This document shows positions 48,265 to 59,615 of a DNA stretch of 64,000 nt, in pieces. Origin of the DNA: Myxococcota bacterium. GTDB taxonomy: Bacteria > Myxococcota_A > SURF-8. The first letter of the stretch is position 1. Every line of letters starts with the position of its first letter. Location: NCBI GenBank assembly GCA_963674735.2, contig CAXXQS010000002.1, positions 32,001 through 96,000 of the forward strand, written 5' to 3'. The translations under genes and the position numbers were made by a program. The notes under the pieces are model-generated. The model was not told where the DNA came from and did not search any database. It saw only the letters and a program-made list of their open reading frames with translations.

Positions 48265-50523
48265 ATGACACGACGAGTGATGGGATTGGCGATATTGGCG
48301 GCGGTGGCTTTCGCCCTACCGGCCTATGCCAACGTCATGAACGAAACCGCACAGGTCTGTTTTACCGATACGGACCAGGATGGGTTCAGCGAGACCCTGA
48401 CGATGGATCCTCAGCAGCATCAGATCCTCAATGCCTATCCGGACGATCCGCTCAACGATTTCAACGGATTCGACCAGGGCTGCCAGCTTCCCAAAAGCTA
48501 TGCGGAGTATCCGACTCTGAGCCTCACGGGCGAAGTTCTCTATTCGACCGATCCGCAAGTCGATCCGTGCATGAACGGCGAGCTGGAGCTTGAAAAAGAG
48601 GAGTACGAGGACGGCTACAAGCTGTTCCTGCTCGACTCGGCCACCTGCCAATACCGCATGGCGATGGAAATGGATGTTATCATTTGTATGGCGCAGTTGC
48701 AGAACTGGTGCCCTGTTTCCAAATTCGCCTTCGAGTTCACCAACGCGGAAATCGACAACTTCATCGGTTCGCCCCTGCTCGACTACTATGCCGCACAGCC
48801 GGAAACGCCCTGGAGCTGGGCTTCCGTCACCATGACGTCGACTGAAACCGCCGACTTCGGCGCTTCGATTCAAATCGGTGAGGAATTCTGCGCCGATGCC
48901 GAAATCGCCCAGTTCCCCGGCGAAGAGTGCGACGGCTGCGACGATTGCGGGATCGAGTCCAATGGCCGCATGATGACGCAGTTGGCCAAACGCCATTACC
49001 TGCGCGGTCAGGCGGCGGTATGCTCCGATCCTTCCGGTGAAGGCGTCCTGTGCGACCGTCCCATGATGCTGGCCTCGACCGACATGGCGAGCAGCAAGCT
49101 GAACCTGGCGACACTGCTTCCCGATTACGAAGCCCTCGGCCTGCAGGCGGTCCCGACCTCCCCCAGCGATCTGATCGACATCACCAACGCCAACGACGTT
49201 ATCGCGATGGATCACTTCAAGGACGGCGTGGTCAGCGGCGCAATCCTGTTGGTCGAATCGGAAGACAAAGTTTACGAACATACCAAAATCATCTGCGACC
49301 GCTTCGCCGGTCAGGTGCTCGAACTGGTCACCGATGTACGCGTCAACGACTGGACCTTCCCGATCGCCGTTTTGGCCGATCTCAACGAAGACAAACGGTC
49401 CTTCGCCGTGAGCTTCGCGGTTGCCGACAACACCGTCTTCGCCCGTTGGCTGGTTCAGGACTACCCCGAGCTTCAAGGCCGCACCGTTTATAACATCCAG
49501 CTCTGGTCCTGCTCGCTGGCGGAAACCGTTCGCCTGCTCAAGGCCGAACTGGCCCGCCTGGACGCCGTCTTCGGTTCCGTCGCCAACGGCGACGCGCCCT
49601 TCTCCAGCCGGACCCCCGAAGCCTACTTCATGGCCGCCGAAAAACGCGGGACCGACACCCTGTATATGCTCGCCGGACGTGACCGCAACGACCTGAAAGT
49701 CGAAGTGAGCTACTATCCGGAAACCGGCGACGGCAATCCGCATTTCACCACCTTGGACGTCCCGGCCGAAACCGGTCGCATCCAAGACAGCCTGCCGCCG
49801 TTCTTCGACGCCATGGCCGACCTGGTGAAGCCCGATGGAACCGTGGTCGACACCGTCTACATCGCCGACGGCGCCTTCGCCGCCTTCGACGACACCGAGT
49901 TCGGCGGTTCCTCGCTTCTGTCCTCGACCGTCAACCAGGGCTGCCAACGCGACAGCGACACGCGCCCCGGCGACTTCGTCATCACCGGCTGCGCCCAATC
50001 GCAGGGCATGGTCGACAAGTACGGCGTCATCGTCCGCGTAATGGAAGGTCCGGCCGCCCCGTACGACTTCAGCGACTACCAGGCGATCAGCTTCAGCTAT
50101 CGTTCCGACACCGAACTGGTGTTGTGCATGGAATCCAAAAGGCTCTACGGCCAGTCGCAGTCCTGCATCAACCTGCCGCCAACCGATGGCTTGAAGAAGA
50201 CCTGGATTCCCCTGGATCAGTTCCGCATCTACGGCACGGCCGACGATCCGGCGGTTCTCGACGACATCGTGGCCTTCAGTTGGAACATCTGGAACATGGA
50301 CACGATCATGGGCGGACCTCTCGCCTCCGACTTTGCGGTTGAAGGCGTCACCATGCGGGCGTCCTCGACTCCGGCGGTGGATTACAATTTCGTGAGTGAA
50401 CTGGCCAAGCCCGAAACCTTCGTGGGCTGCCAGAATAGCGATACCCCTTCTGCTTTGGCCGGTTTGCTGCTGCTGGTTCTGTTGGCGGCGCTGCGCTTTT
50501 GCAGAAAGGAGTCGGTGCGCTAA
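48265..50523 (+). CDS. Secreted surface protein with possible carbohydrate-binding domain and MYXO-CTERM-like anchor
   Basis: Signal peptide (AYA); C-terminal GCQ..TM..RFCRK; galactose-binding-like DFSDYQAISFSY. Confidence 0.7.
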   Translation: MTRRVMGLAILAAVAFALPAYANVMNETAQVCFTDTDQDGFSETLTMDPQQHQILNAYPDDPLNDFNGFDQGCQLPKSYAEYPTLSLTGEVLYSTDPQVDPCMNGELELEKEEYEDGYKLFLLDSATCQYRMAMEMDVIICMAQLQNWCPVSKFAFEFTNAEIDNFIGSPLLDYYAAQPETPWSWASVTMTSTETADFGASIQIGEEFCADAEIAQFPGEECDGCDDCGIESNGRMMTQLAKRHYLRGQAAVCSDPSGEGVLCDRPMMLASTDMASSKLNLATLLPDYEALGLQAVPTSPSDLIDITNANDVIAMDHFKDGVVSGAILLVESEDKVYEHTKIICDRFAGQVLELVTDVRVNDWTFPIAVLADLNEDKRSFAVSFAVADNTVFARWLVQDYPELQGRTVYNIQLWSCSLAETVRLLKAELARLDAVFGSVANGDAPFSSRTPEAYFMAAEKRGTDTLYMLAGRDRNDLKVEVSYYPETGDGNPHFTTLDVPAETGRIQDSLPPFFDAMADLVKPDGTVVDTVYIADGAFAAFDDTEFGGSSLLSSTVNQGCQRDSDTRPGDFVITGCAQSQGMVDKYGVIVRVMEGPAAPYDFSDYQAISFSYRSDTELVLCMESKRLYGQSQSCINLPPTDGLKKTWIPLDQFRIYGTADDPAVLDDIVAFSWNIWNMDTIMGGPLASDFAVEGVTMRASSTPAVDYNFVSELAKPETFVGCQNSDTPSALAGLLLLVLLAALRFCRKESVR

Positions 50524-50672
50524 GCGCTAAGCCGCTCCACCGGCTTTGTACTGACAACTTTAATTTCAGGGCAAGGGAAAACTCCTTGCCCTCTCTTTAT
50601 TGGACTGGGTCGTACGCCAAAACAGCCGTTAGGGGGCAACAATGCGGTGGGGAACCCGCAAGGGGGTACGTT

Positions 50673-53600
50673 ATGCCGTTTGGAAAAATTTTGGAAAACA
50701 GTATGGTTATGGAATACAATCAGAACGCGCGAGTTGAAGAATTCTGGTCCACACCACCTGGAGTAAATGGAATGAATGGACGGGTGTACATTGCCGTCGA
50801 TAAAAAACAACATGCCGATCTTTATCAAGATCTGTCTGCGTCCGTTAAAAACCAGCAGAAAAAATGGGAAAACGCATCGATCAAACCCACGCTCTACCCC
50901 TCCAATACCGATCTGTTCACGGCATTGAAGGAAGGCCTTCACCATCCACAACCGGTTCCCGTTTGCGTGCTGGACGACGATCCGGCCATGGCGGCCGAAA
51001 TCAAGCACTTCGATCCGCATGTGCAGATCATTCTGCTTAGCGACGCCCCGGACGATCGCCCGTCACTCGACAGCGACGGGATTTACAACGTTCGTTCAAC
51101 CCACGACTTCGGCGAGCTGCTTCCGCTCGTCCACTCGCTGATCGCCAACTGGAACCTCACAAAGGGAAATGCCGCCAGCGCCATCAGCACGCGAGAAAAG
51201 ACCGGCCGCTTTCAACGCTTGGTGGAACAAATGGGAGAAGGTTTGTGCGTCATCGACCGGCAAGCCCACATCTCCTTCATCAACGCATCCGGAGCGGCCA
51301 TGCTCGGGCTATCCAAGGAGGCCCTCCATAAGCGTAGTTTCATCGATTTCATCGATTCAGCCAGCGAGCTGGACCGTGAAGAAGCCCGTTTGGCCATCCA
51401 AAGCGCCGTTCAAAACGGTCAGGATTTTTCAAGCGACGGCTTTCTCCTGCGGCGGGAAGGCACTTCCGATCCCTTCACGGCCAAGATTACACTCAGCCCC
51501 CTGCAATCGCCCTGGGACGACGACCATTGCGTCATGGTTTTCCAGGATATCACCGCCAGCAAACGGATGGACCACATCGTCCGCACATCCCGTGAAAAGC
51601 TGTTCACCATCCTCGACAGCCTGGATGCCGCGGTATACGTGGCCGACATGGAAACACACGAAATCCTGTTCGCCAACAAGCTGCTCTGGGATGCGCGCGG
51701 CAACGTCATCGGCAAACCTTGTTACGAAGTCATTTCCTCCGGTCGCACCGGTCCCTGTCCCAGCTGTAACAACCACAAATTGGTGGACGAAAACGGCAAT
51801 CCGGCCGGAATCCTCGAATGGGAGCATCAAAACTCCGAAACCGGCAAGTGGTACGCCATCCGCGATCAGGCCATTCCCTGGTACGACGGCCGCAACGTGC
51901 GACTCGAAATTTCGGTCGACATCACCCGGATGAAGCAGGTTGAAAAGCAGCTGTCCGTCACCAAGATTCTGGCCGAAAAGGAGCGGGACAAGCTGCGCTC
52001 CATGATCGAAGGCATGGAAGAAGGCATCATCGTCGCCAACGAGGTCGATGTCATCACCGAAGTGAACAGCTGGCTGTTGAAAACCTGGTCGACGCAACGC
52101 GAAGACCTGATCGGCAAGCGCCTGTGGGATCTGGATGTCGAACACATCACCGCGCGCCTCAAGCCGGTTCTGGCTCAGTTCAAATCGGGCATCATCCGCA
52201 AAGCCTTATCCATCAACACGGAAATGGCCGGTTTGCAGATTTCCCTGCGGGTCCAACCCATTTTCCGACGGGACAAATTCGCGGGGATGATCCTGAACTT
52301 CCTGAACGTCACCGATCTGGTCATGGCGCGCCATGCGGCCGAAAAGGCGAATCTCGCCAAGAGCGAATTCCTGGCCAACATCAGCCACGAAATCCGCACC
52401 CCGATCAACGGGGTTCTCGGCATGTCCTCGCTCGTGCTGGGCACGGAGCTGAGCAGCGAGCAGCGGGAATATGCCAGTACGATTTACAGCAGCGCCGACC
52501 ACCTCCTCGAATTGGTAAACGGCATTCTCGATTTCTCGAAAATCGAGGCCGGGGATTTCGAAGTCGAGGATATCGATTTCAACCTGAAACCCACCCTGCA
52601 CGAAGCGGTCAACATGCTGGCCGCCAAGGCCGAAGAAAAAGGCCTCGAGATGATCCTGCATGTCGCGCCCGACGTTCCGGACGCGCTGATCGGAGATCCT
52701 TACCGCCTGCGCCAGGTGATCTTGAATCTGCTGAGCAACGCCATCAAGTTCTCCGACCGCGGCGAAGTGATTACCGAAGTGGCCGTCAAGCAATTCACGG
52801 ATCACGAAGTCGAATTGCTGGTTTCCGTCACCGATCCGGGCATCGGCATCGCCCCCGAAAAGCAACTCGATATTTTCAACGCGTTTTACCAGGCCGACAG
52901 TTCCATCACGCGTCAATACGGCGGAACCGGTTTGGGCCTGACGATCTCCGCCCGCATCGTCGAATTGATGGGCGGCTATATCTGGGTTGAAAGCGAAATC
53001 GGCAAAGGCAGCACCTTCTTTTTCAAAATCAAACTCGGCGTCCAGCAAAAGCCGAATGAAGAAAACGCCTTTATCGGAAAGGCCATCTCGCCGGGTTTGC
53101 GTACCCTCGTCGTCGACGACATCTCGACCAACCGGCGCATTCTGGAAGAGATGCTGTCCCAGTGGGATGTCAAAACCACCACCTTGAGCAGTGCGGCGGA
53201 AGCACTCGGCGAACTGACGCGCGCGGAAGCCGAAGGAGAGCCCTACCGGCTGGTCATCATCGACGCTCAGATGCCGAAGATGGATGGATTCGCCCTGGCC
53301 GAGCGCATCAAACAAAATCCCGCTCTGGTCCAAAGCACCGTCATGATGCTTTCCTCGGGCGACACCGTCGGTGCCAGTTCACGCTGCAAGAAACTCGGGC
53401 TCTCGTCCTACCTGATCAAGCCGGTCAAACAGGAAGACCTGCTGAAAAGCATCCTGCTGGCTCTCGGTCAGAAAGAAAAGGAATCGCAACAGCAAGACGA
53501 GCCGCCCGCCGCCTCGGCAACCAAGCCGCCGGTGCGCATGCGGATCCTGCTGGCGGAAGACAACATCATCAACCAGAAAATCGTCGCAACCGCCTTGAAA

Positions 53601-54290
53601 AAGCGCGGCCACGACGTGGTGACCGTGATGAACGGGCAGGAAGCGCTCGAAATCTGGAGCAAACAACCTTTCGACATCATCCTGATGGATGTCCAGATGC
53701 CGATTATCGACGGATTTTCCGCCACGCGCAAAATCCGGAAGGCCGAAAAAGAAACCGGGGGCCGTATCCCCATCATTGCCCTGACGGCCCATGCCCTCAA
53801 GGGCGACCGGGAGCGCTGCATCGAAGTCGGTATGGATGATTACATCACCAAGCCGATCGACCCGAATGCCCTCGTCGAATTATTGGAAAACTTCGAGCCG
53901 GCCCCGCCGCCTGAAGACCCGAGCGACGAACAAAGCCCGTTCGACAGTGAACGGCTGTTGCACCGCATCGAAGGCGATTGGTCGATTGCCGCCGAATTGG
54001 TAAAGCTTTATTTGGAGGATACGGAAAATCAGTTGCAGGAACTCGGTAAAGCCATCACCGCCGCTCAGCTCGACCGTGTGCAGCAGATTTCACATCTACT
54101 GAAGGGTTCCTCGCTGAGCATCGGGGCCGAGCAATTTGCCACAGACGTGCAAAAAATCTGGCAAGCCGCCGTTAACGGCAAAATGGACGTCGTCACACGT
54201 CTTTCGGAATCGGCGACAACCGATTTCAAAGGCCTTCGCAGCACAATGGAAGAATTCATCGTCATGGTGAAAAATCGCGTTTTTAATTGA
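50673..54290 (+). CDS. Hybrid sensor histidine kinase (PAS x3, HisKA, HATPase, REC x2, Hpt)
   Basis: H-box [13 protein letters not shown]-box [16 protein letters not shown], two REC domains, Hpt HLLKGSS; start may be 50772. Confidence 0.93.
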   Translation: MPFGKILENSMVMEYNQNARVEEFWSTPPGVNGMNGRVYIAVDKKQHADLYQDLSASVKNQQKKWENASIKPTLYPSNTDLFTALKEGLHHPQPVPVCVLDDDPAMAAEIKHFDPHVQIILLSDAPDDRPSLDSDGIYNVRSTHDFGELLPLVHSLIANWNLTKGNAASAISTREKTGRFQRLVEQMGEGLCVIDRQAHISFINASGAAMLGLSKEALHKRSFIDFIDSASELDREEARLAIQSAVQNGQDFSSDGFLLRREGTSDPFTAKITLSPLQSPWDDDHCVMVFQDITASKRMDHIVRTSREKLFTILDSLDAAVYVADMETHEILFANKLLWDARGNVIGKPCYEVISSGRTGPCPSCNNHKLVDENGNPAGILEWEHQNSETGKWYAIRDQAIPWYDGRNVRLEISVDITRMKQVEKQLSVTKILAEKERDKLRSMIEGMEEGIIVANEVDVITEVNSWLLKTWSTQREDLIGKRLWDLDVEHITARLKPVLAQFKSGIIRKALSINTEMAGLQISLRVQPIFRRDKFAGMILNFLNVTDLVMARHAAEKANLAKSEFLANISHEIRTPINGVLGMSSLVLGTELSSEQREYASTIYSSADHLLELVNGILDFSKIEAGDFEVEDIDFNLKPTLHEAVNMLAAKAEEKGLEMILHVAPDVPDALIGDPYRLRQVILNLLSNAIKFSDRGEVITEVAVKQFTDHEVELLVSVTDPGIGIAPEKQLDIFNAFYQADSSITRQYGGTGLGLTISARIVELMGGYIWVESEIGKGSTFFFKIKLGVQQKPNEENAFIGKAISPGLRTLVVDDISTNRRILEEMLSQWDVKTTTLSSAAEALGELTRAEAEGEPYRLVIIDAQMPKMDGFALAERIKQNPALVQSTVMMLSSGDTVGASSRCKKLGLSSYLIKPVKQEDLLKSILLALGQKEKESQQQDEPPAASATKPPVRMRILLAEDNIINQKIVATALKKRGHDVVTVMNGQEALEIWSKQPFDIILMDVQMPIIDGFSATRKIRKAEKETGGRIPIIALTAHALKGDRERCIEVGMDDYITKPIDPNALVELLENFEPAPPPEDPSDEQSPFDSERLLHRIEGDWSIAAELVKLYLEDTENQLQELGKAITAAQLDRVQQISHLLKGSSLSIGAEQFATDVQKIWQAAVNGKMDVVTRLSESATTDFKGLRSTMEEFIVMVKNRVFN

Positions 54291-54345
54291 TGGCGCACGC
54301 AGGATCACGTTGCCAGGAAAAGATCCTGGCTATAGGGAGCGATAG

Positions 54346-54696
54346 ATGAACATCGAGAAAAGCAAACAAGAACCCATCACCATCATCCGGCTTCAAGAAG
54401 CCCGTATCGATGCGGGAAACGCGCCGGATCTGAAATCATTTTTGCTCAACATCATCGAAGAAGAACGCCCGTTACTGGGTCTGGACTTATCGGCCGTCCG
54501 CTTTATCGACAGTTCGGGCTTGGGTGCGCTGGTTACGGTTCTCAAACAGATCGGTCAAAATGGAGCCATGGGTTTGTGGGGACTCAACCGCGAAGTACGC
54601 GCGCTTTTCGAACTGACGCAGCTCTATAAAGTATTTGATATTTTCGAAACGGAACGGGATGCCCTGCTCAAATTGCAACAGCATGTCCCTGCGTAA
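54346..54696 (+). CDS. STAS-domain anti-sigma factor antagonist
   Basis: LDLSAVRFIDSSGLGALV, LFELTQL. Confidence 0.92.
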   Translation: MNIEKSKQEPITIIRLQEARIDAGNAPDLKSFLLNIIEEERPLLGLDLSAVRFIDSSGLGALVTVLKQIGQNGAMGLWGLNREVRALFELTQLYKVFDIFETERDALLKLQQHVPA

Positions 54697-55096
54697 GTCC
54701 ATCGAGCTTGCGCCGCAAGTGGAAAAGGTACGGGAAATCAGCGAAGCCATGGTCGCCGATGTGGCGGCCGTCTCCGACGACCCGAACCTGTTGTTCCGCA
54801 TCAATATCGGGCTTACCGAAGCCTTGACCAACAGCATTGTGCACGGCTGCAAAACCCCGTCGGAATCGGTCTCGCTGATTTACCAAATCAACAAAGACGA
54901 CCACATCTTCCACATCCACGATCCGGGCACCGGCCCCACCGAAGGTCAACTCACCGATCCGAAAGTGGACGACGATCTGTTAAGCGATCACCACCGGGGG
55001 CAGGTGATCATTCATTGGGCGGCGGATGAGGTGAGTTATTCCGCGTCGGAAAACGGATTCGATCTGATCTTGTTGTTCAGATCCCGAGACGAGTAA
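54683..55096 (+). CDS. RsbW-like anti-sigma factor/Ser kinase
   Basis: EALTNSIVHG, D.G.G, HRG..II..D.V.Y; overlaps STAS gene. Confidence 0.85.
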   Translation: MSLRKSIELAPQVEKVREISEAMVADVAAVSDDPNLLFRINIGLTEALTNSIVHGCKTPSESVSLIYQINKDDHIFHIHDPGTGPTEGQLTDPKVDDDLLSDHHRGQVIIHWAADEVSYSASENGFDLILLFRSRDE

Positions 55097-55102
55097 TCCA
55101 GG

Positions 55103-56572
55103 CTAGAGACCGACGAATCGCTTGGTTCGACGTTTGCCCCATAGCGGCTTGACCAACTGCCCCACGACAATCTTCGCATCCATCAACAGGCTTCGCTTTT
55201 TGGCGTAAACCGTTTCGAGAATACGCTTTTCCAGTTCATCGTCACCGAGATTTCCCACTTCGATCCACCCCGGAGACAAGCGATAGCGTTCCAACATCCA
55301 TTCCTCGCAGGCCTGGAGGCTTTCTTCGGCCGTTAACGGCGAGGGACCGACCAGCCGCATATCGCCTTTCAGGACATTGATCAAAGCCGGCCAGCGAGCC
55401 AAAAGGGAACCTTCGCGCCGCAGATGAAGCATCTGAAAACGCGGCAGATACGTGAGATCGTCGGGAGTTTCGACCACGCCTTTCCCAAGGACCTCTTTCC
55501 CGATCACCGACGACTCGTTGTTCTTACGCTGTATCAGAGAGGCCGCAACACCCAGCGGCGCCATTCCGACCAACAATCCCATTGCCATTCCGCGCTGGAT
55601 CAGCGACTCCATCCAATCGCTCAAGACCGAGCGGCTCATGCTGCCGAGCAAGAACGAATCGGTAATCAGGACACGCGTACCGAAATCGAAGGTGAACAAC
55701 ATATTCTCGGCGACAAAAGCACGCGACACGCGGGTCATCTCGCCGATATAGGAGTGGGAAGCCACGACGCTGTTGGTGATTTTGGCACGACGCGCTACAA
55801 CCGTATCGTCGCCGATCACCGCGTTGGGTCCCACCTCCGCTTCCGCGATCACCTGTGTATGGTGACCGATCAACACCGGTGGCACCAACCGCGCCTTGGG
55901 GTGAACATCCGCCAAGCGCCCCACAAACACGCCCGGCCGCTCTTCCACGTAGGTGCTGTGAGCCGCCAGATCGGGTTGGCGCAGCAGCCGCAAATTGAGG
56001 TCCAGCAGGCCCGTCAACCCCTCGCCCGCCATCGCCGGATCATCGACCTCGATGATGCCGGTCGATGAAGACGATTCGGCGTCCATCGCCAAGGTTTCGA
56101 ACAGCGGCCCCTGCGCGCCATCCAGCAGGCGATCGGAAGCCGGACTTAGAATCACGGCCACGATCCGGCCGTTTTGTCGCTCGCGAATCAGACTGATGGG
56201 ACGCTGCGCCCGGGCATGCCGATCGGCCAGCTTGGCGTAATTCAGCTTCGCCATCACCAGACCGGCAACGACAACCAGGGTTTCATCGAATAAAAATCGA
56301 TGTTTGAGCAGGCTCTCGCATTCATCGCCGGAACGCGCACCGATCAACACGGCCAGATTGACGCCGAAGCGCACGCCGTCATGGAAATAGGTATTGACGT
56401 CGTTGAGTCCATCGCTCACGATCAACGCCACATCGCGCAGATTGTGCTGATAGGCCTGCTCGATCTGGTGCTGAGCGATCGGCTTGTTTTGAACCGGCAA
56501 CAGCGCCGGAAAAACCGATTTGGCCAGAGACCCGAAAGGGTCGCTACGGGTATGTAGAAGAACCAATTTCAT
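55103..56572 (-). CDS. NDP-sugar pyrophosphorylase-like + LbH + bacterial sugar transferase fusion
   Basis: ALLPVQNKPI, YFHDGVRFGV, hexapeptide repeats, WPALINVLKGDMRLVGP. Confidence 0.8.
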   Translation of the reverse strand: MKLVLLHTRSDPFGSLAKSVFPALLPVQNKPIAQHQIEQAYQHNLRDVALIVSDGLNDVNTYFHDGVRFGVNLAVLIGARSGDECESLLKHRFLFDETLVVVAGLVMAKLNYAKLADRHARAQRPISLIRERQNGRIVAVILSPASDRLLDGAQGPLFETLAMDAESSSSTGIIEVDDPAMAGEGLTGLLDLNLRLLRQPDLAAHSTYVEERPGVFVGRLADVHPKARLVPPVLIGHHTQVIAEAEVGPNAVIGDDTVVARRAKITNSVVASHSYIGEMTRVSRAFVAENMLFTFDFGTRVLITDSFLLGSMSRSVLSDWMESLIQRGMAMGLLVGMAPLGVAASLIQRKNNESSVIGKEVLGKGVVETPDDLTYLPRFQMLHLRREGSLLARWPALINVLKGDMRLVGPSPLTAEESLQACEEWMLERYRLSPGWIEVGNLGDDELEKRILETVYAKKRSLLMDAKIVVGQLVKPLWGKRRTKRFVGL

Positions 56573-56607
56573 GATTTACTCACCAGCCGGGACGTTCCTG
56601 GGGGAGA

Positions 56608-58665
56608 TCAAAATGCGCCTCGGCCGCCCATTACAGCCGGAATCGTTCTTAAAATCAATCGGATGTCGCCCCAGAAACTCTGGTTGCGCATGTACTCCCG
56701 ATCCAGCAGCACCTGCCGATCGAAACCGAGCAGGCTACGGCCGCTGACCTGCCACAAACAGGTCAACCCCGGCATGATCTCCAGACGATCCCGATCCGAT
56801 ACGGCGTACTCGCGAACCTCATCCTGAGTCGGGGGTCGAGGCCCGACCAGCGACATATCGCCGAGAAAAACATTGAACAGCTGGGGAAGTTCATCGATGG
56901 ACAAACGCCGGATCAGGCGGCCGACCTTCGTAATCCGGGGGTCGCGCGCCATCTTGAAGATCACCCCTGCATCCGATTCATTCAGATCCAGCATTTCTTT
57001 CTTCAGCGCATCCGCGTTCACCACCATGGACCTGAATTTATACATCTTGAAGACGCGGCCATGACGCCCCACCCGATTCTGCCCGAAGAAAACCGGGCCT
57101 TCCGCATCCTCGATCTTGATGGCCAGAGCCGTTGCCAGAAACAGCGGCGATAAAAGCGCCAGTCCGCTCGTGGCCCCGATGATATCCAGCAGACGCTTCG
57201 CTTTCAGGCTGCCTTCGGTTGCGGCAAACCAGAGGAAGCGCGTTACCTGATAACGCAATTCGGCACGGTACCGCTGGCTGGGCACATCGATATCGCTGAA
57301 CCGCTTGATCAATTGCGTGCGCGCCTGCGACACATACCAGCGCCAGACGCCCCACAAGAACTGCGGATTGCCTACCAGGTAGCGTCTGAACATGCGGCGC
57401 GGTTCCTGGCCGAAACGCCACAGCCACTCGAATCCCAGTTCGCGCACCCAGATCGGCGCACGCGGGATGCGTCCCGAGTAGAAATCGAACAGCCCGCCAA
57501 CCCCCATCGCCACGCCGACGTTCAGACGAGGCAGGTTTCGCTCGATCCATTTTTCCTGCGTCGGTACGCCACGCGCGACCAACAGCAGATCCGGCCGCAT
57601 GTGATTGATTGCGGAGATGATCTGCTCTTCCTCTTCGGTGCCCTCTTCGAAGAAACCGTGCCAGGCTCCGAGAATCTTGAGATCCGGGAAGAGCGCCAAC
57701 ACGCGTTTTTTCGCCACTTCCGAGACACCGGGCGCCGCACCCAGCAAAAACAGACTCTTGCCCGCTTGCTGAGCCCGATCGCAGAGGATGGGAAACAGGT
57801 CGGTGCCGTTGACGTTCTCGCGAACCTCGGCTCCGATCATCGAACCGGCCAGTCGCACGCCCACGCCGTCCGGAAACACCGCATCGGCCCGCTTGAGAAT
57901 CGACTGGTAATCGGCGTCTTTCGCCGCCACGTTGAAACAATGCGGATTGACAAACGTGATATGCTTGCGCCTCTTTTCCGATAGCGCGAGAATGTGCTCG
58001 ACGGCCTGCCGCAGGGTCAGATTCGACACTTCCACATCACGCAGGACGAAGGAATTGACATTCACCGGCGTCGAGCCGCCCATGATCAAAGTCGGAATGG
58101 TGCGGGCCAGAATCGCCAGATCCTTTTTCACCGATCGTTCGGCCAGATAGGCGCGCTCCGGCGTGCGGCGACCATCGAAGGCGATGTTCATGCGTTTGCG
58201 GATGCGATACGGATCCGAAAGTCCCGGACGCACCGCCAGGCGAATGCGGTCGTGCTCTTCGAGCTTCGCAGTTTCTTCCGGCGAGAGGGCCTCCGGTCCG
58301 ACAAACGCCATCTCGCCTTTGATGATGTTCAACAGAACCGGAACATCGTAGGCATGGGTTCGCTTCAGCAGTTCCATCAGCCAGCCGAGACGCTTGATGC
58401 GCGCCGGTTTTTTAAAACGCAGCCGGGTAAAGAGACGTGCGTCACGGCCCACCAGCTGCTCGCGCTCGAATATCTGCGGCTCGCCGTTGGCGATCAAGGC
58501 CGCAGCGACAACGGCGGAAATCGCCATCCCGCTCGGGGCTCCCGTCGCGGCAAGCGCCAGATCCAGAAGCCGACGCCGGGCGTCGATACGTCGTTTGAAC
58601 GCGTTGAGCGTCCCGGACCCGGAGGTTTCCGGTGCGCGTTTCGCTTCGTTGGACTTACGTTTCAT
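56608..58665 (-). CDS. Sugar transferase / WecB-TagA-CpsF / sugar transferase triple fusion
   Basis: N-terminal KGEMAFVGP..RPGL; central FVNPHC, PDGVG, NGTDL, PTQEKW, GVGGLFDF, RAP; C-terminal YKFRSM, DELPQLFNV, PGLTCLWQVSGRS. Confidence 0.9.
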   Translation of the reverse strand: MKRKSNEAKRAPETSGSGTLNAFKRRIDARRRLLDLALAATGAPSGMAISAVVAAALIANGEPQIFEREQLVGRDARLFTRLRFKKPARIKRLGWLMELLKRTHAYDVPVLLNIIKGEMAFVGPEALSPEETAKLEEHDRIRLAVRPGLSDPYRIRKRMNIAFDGRRTPERAYLAERSVKKDLAILARTIPTLIMGGSTPVNVNSFVLRDVEVSNLTLRQAVEHILALSEKRRKHITFVNPHCFNVAAKDADYQSILKRADAVFPDGVGVRLAGSMIGAEVRENVNGTDLFPILCDRAQQAGKSLFLLGAAPGVSEVAKKRVLALFPDLKILGAWHGFFEEGTEEEEQIISAINHMRPDLLLVARGVPTQEKWIERNLPRLNVGVAMGVGGLFDFYSGRIPRAPIWVRELGFEWLWRFGQEPRRMFRRYLVGNPQFLWGVWRWYVSQARTQLIKRFSDIDVPSQRYRAELRYQVTRFLWFAATEGSLKAKRLLDIIGATSGLALLSPLFLATALAIKIEDAEGPVFFGQNRVGRHGRVFKMYKFRSMVVNADALKKEMLDLNESDAGVIFKMARDPRITKVGRLIRRLSIDELPQLFNVFLGDMSLVGPRPPTQDEVREYAVSDRDRLEIMPGLTCLWQVSGRSLLGFDRQVLLDREYMRNQSFWGDIRLILRTIPAVMGGRGAF

Positions 58666-58667
58666 CG

Positions 58668-59615
58668 CTAGAACACACTCTCCGGTACGTAAACGATGTC
58701 GTTGGGCTCCAGTACGAAATCGACGCCTTTGCCTTCCAGAATATCATCCATATCGACTTCGAAAACTTCCGGTTTGGTTACGGCATTGCGCACGATCCGC
58801 ACCCGACTCGTGCGGGCGGCCGGCAAGAACCCACCGCTGACCGCAATCGCCTTGGTCAGGGTCATCGGGCGCAGCAACGGAACCACCGAGGGAGACCGCA
58901 CGGCCCCCAGAATCAGAATCTCGCGGCTTGTCGAAACGGGAATGTAAAGAATATCCCTGGGGCGAACGCGAATGTTGTAGCGCATGTCGCCGGAGACGAT
59001 CAACGACGGAAAATCAATGGGCAGCACTTCGCCGTTTCGCGACAGATACGAACGCTGTAAATCGGCTCCCGGCAATTCAAGCTCATTGACCGTAACCGTG
59101 CGCAGACCGCCCGCCATGGCAATGGCCTTCAGAATGCGGATCTCACCGGTAATCTGATGAATGCCCGGCTTCTTGACACCATCGCCCAAAATAACGAAAT
59201 CATTGCTCGAAAACTCGTTGATGATGATATCCGTCTTGGCACCCTTCAGGTAGGTATTGAGACGAACATCCAGTTCTTCGATGATTTCCGCCACGCGCCG
59301 ATTTTTCGCGATCACCTCGCCTACCAGCGGGAAAGTGAAATTGCCGTTCGGCTCGATCGTGACGGTACGGGTCAGGCTCTCTTCTCCATACACGTAAATC
59401 GTGATGGTGTCGCCCGGCCCGAGACGGTAGGAACTCGTTTCTTCCTCTTCCATCGCCATCATCTCCTCGAAGGTGATGCTCGATTTCGGAGGCGCGAACC
59501 CCAGCGCGGGATCCATGGTATCCGCCGGATTGGGAAGCCGTTTGGTCCCGCCGCAGGCCCACAGGCTTGCGATTAAAACCACCGACACGACAAGAAACAG
59601 GATTCGTTGGCTCAT
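58668..59615 (-). CDS. Polysaccharide export lipoprotein (Wza/OPX with SLBB domains)
   Basis: Lipobox LWAC; YRLGPGDTITI, FPLVGEV, GAV..P, L.PNDIVYVP. Confidence 0.92.
   Translation of the reverse strand: MSQRILFLVVSVVLIASLWACGGTKRLPNPADTMDPALGFAPPKSSITFEEMMAMEEEETSSYRLGPGDTITIYVYGEESLTRTVTIEPNGNFTFPLVGEVIAKNRRVAEIIEELDVRLNTYLKGAKTDIIINEFSSNDFVILGDGVKKPGIHQITGEIRILKAIAMAGGLRTVTVNELELPGADLQRSYLSRNGEVLPIDFPSLIVSGDMRYNIRVRPRDILYIPVSTSREILILGAVRSPSVVPLLRPMTLTKAIAVSGGFLPAARTSRVRIVRNAVTKPEVFEVDMDDILEGKGVDFVLEPNDIVYVPESVF

Noticed and set aside
50560-50672. c-di-GMP-I riboswitch upstream of the hybrid kinase
   Set aside because: Hairpins are present but the GEMM consensus could not be fitted
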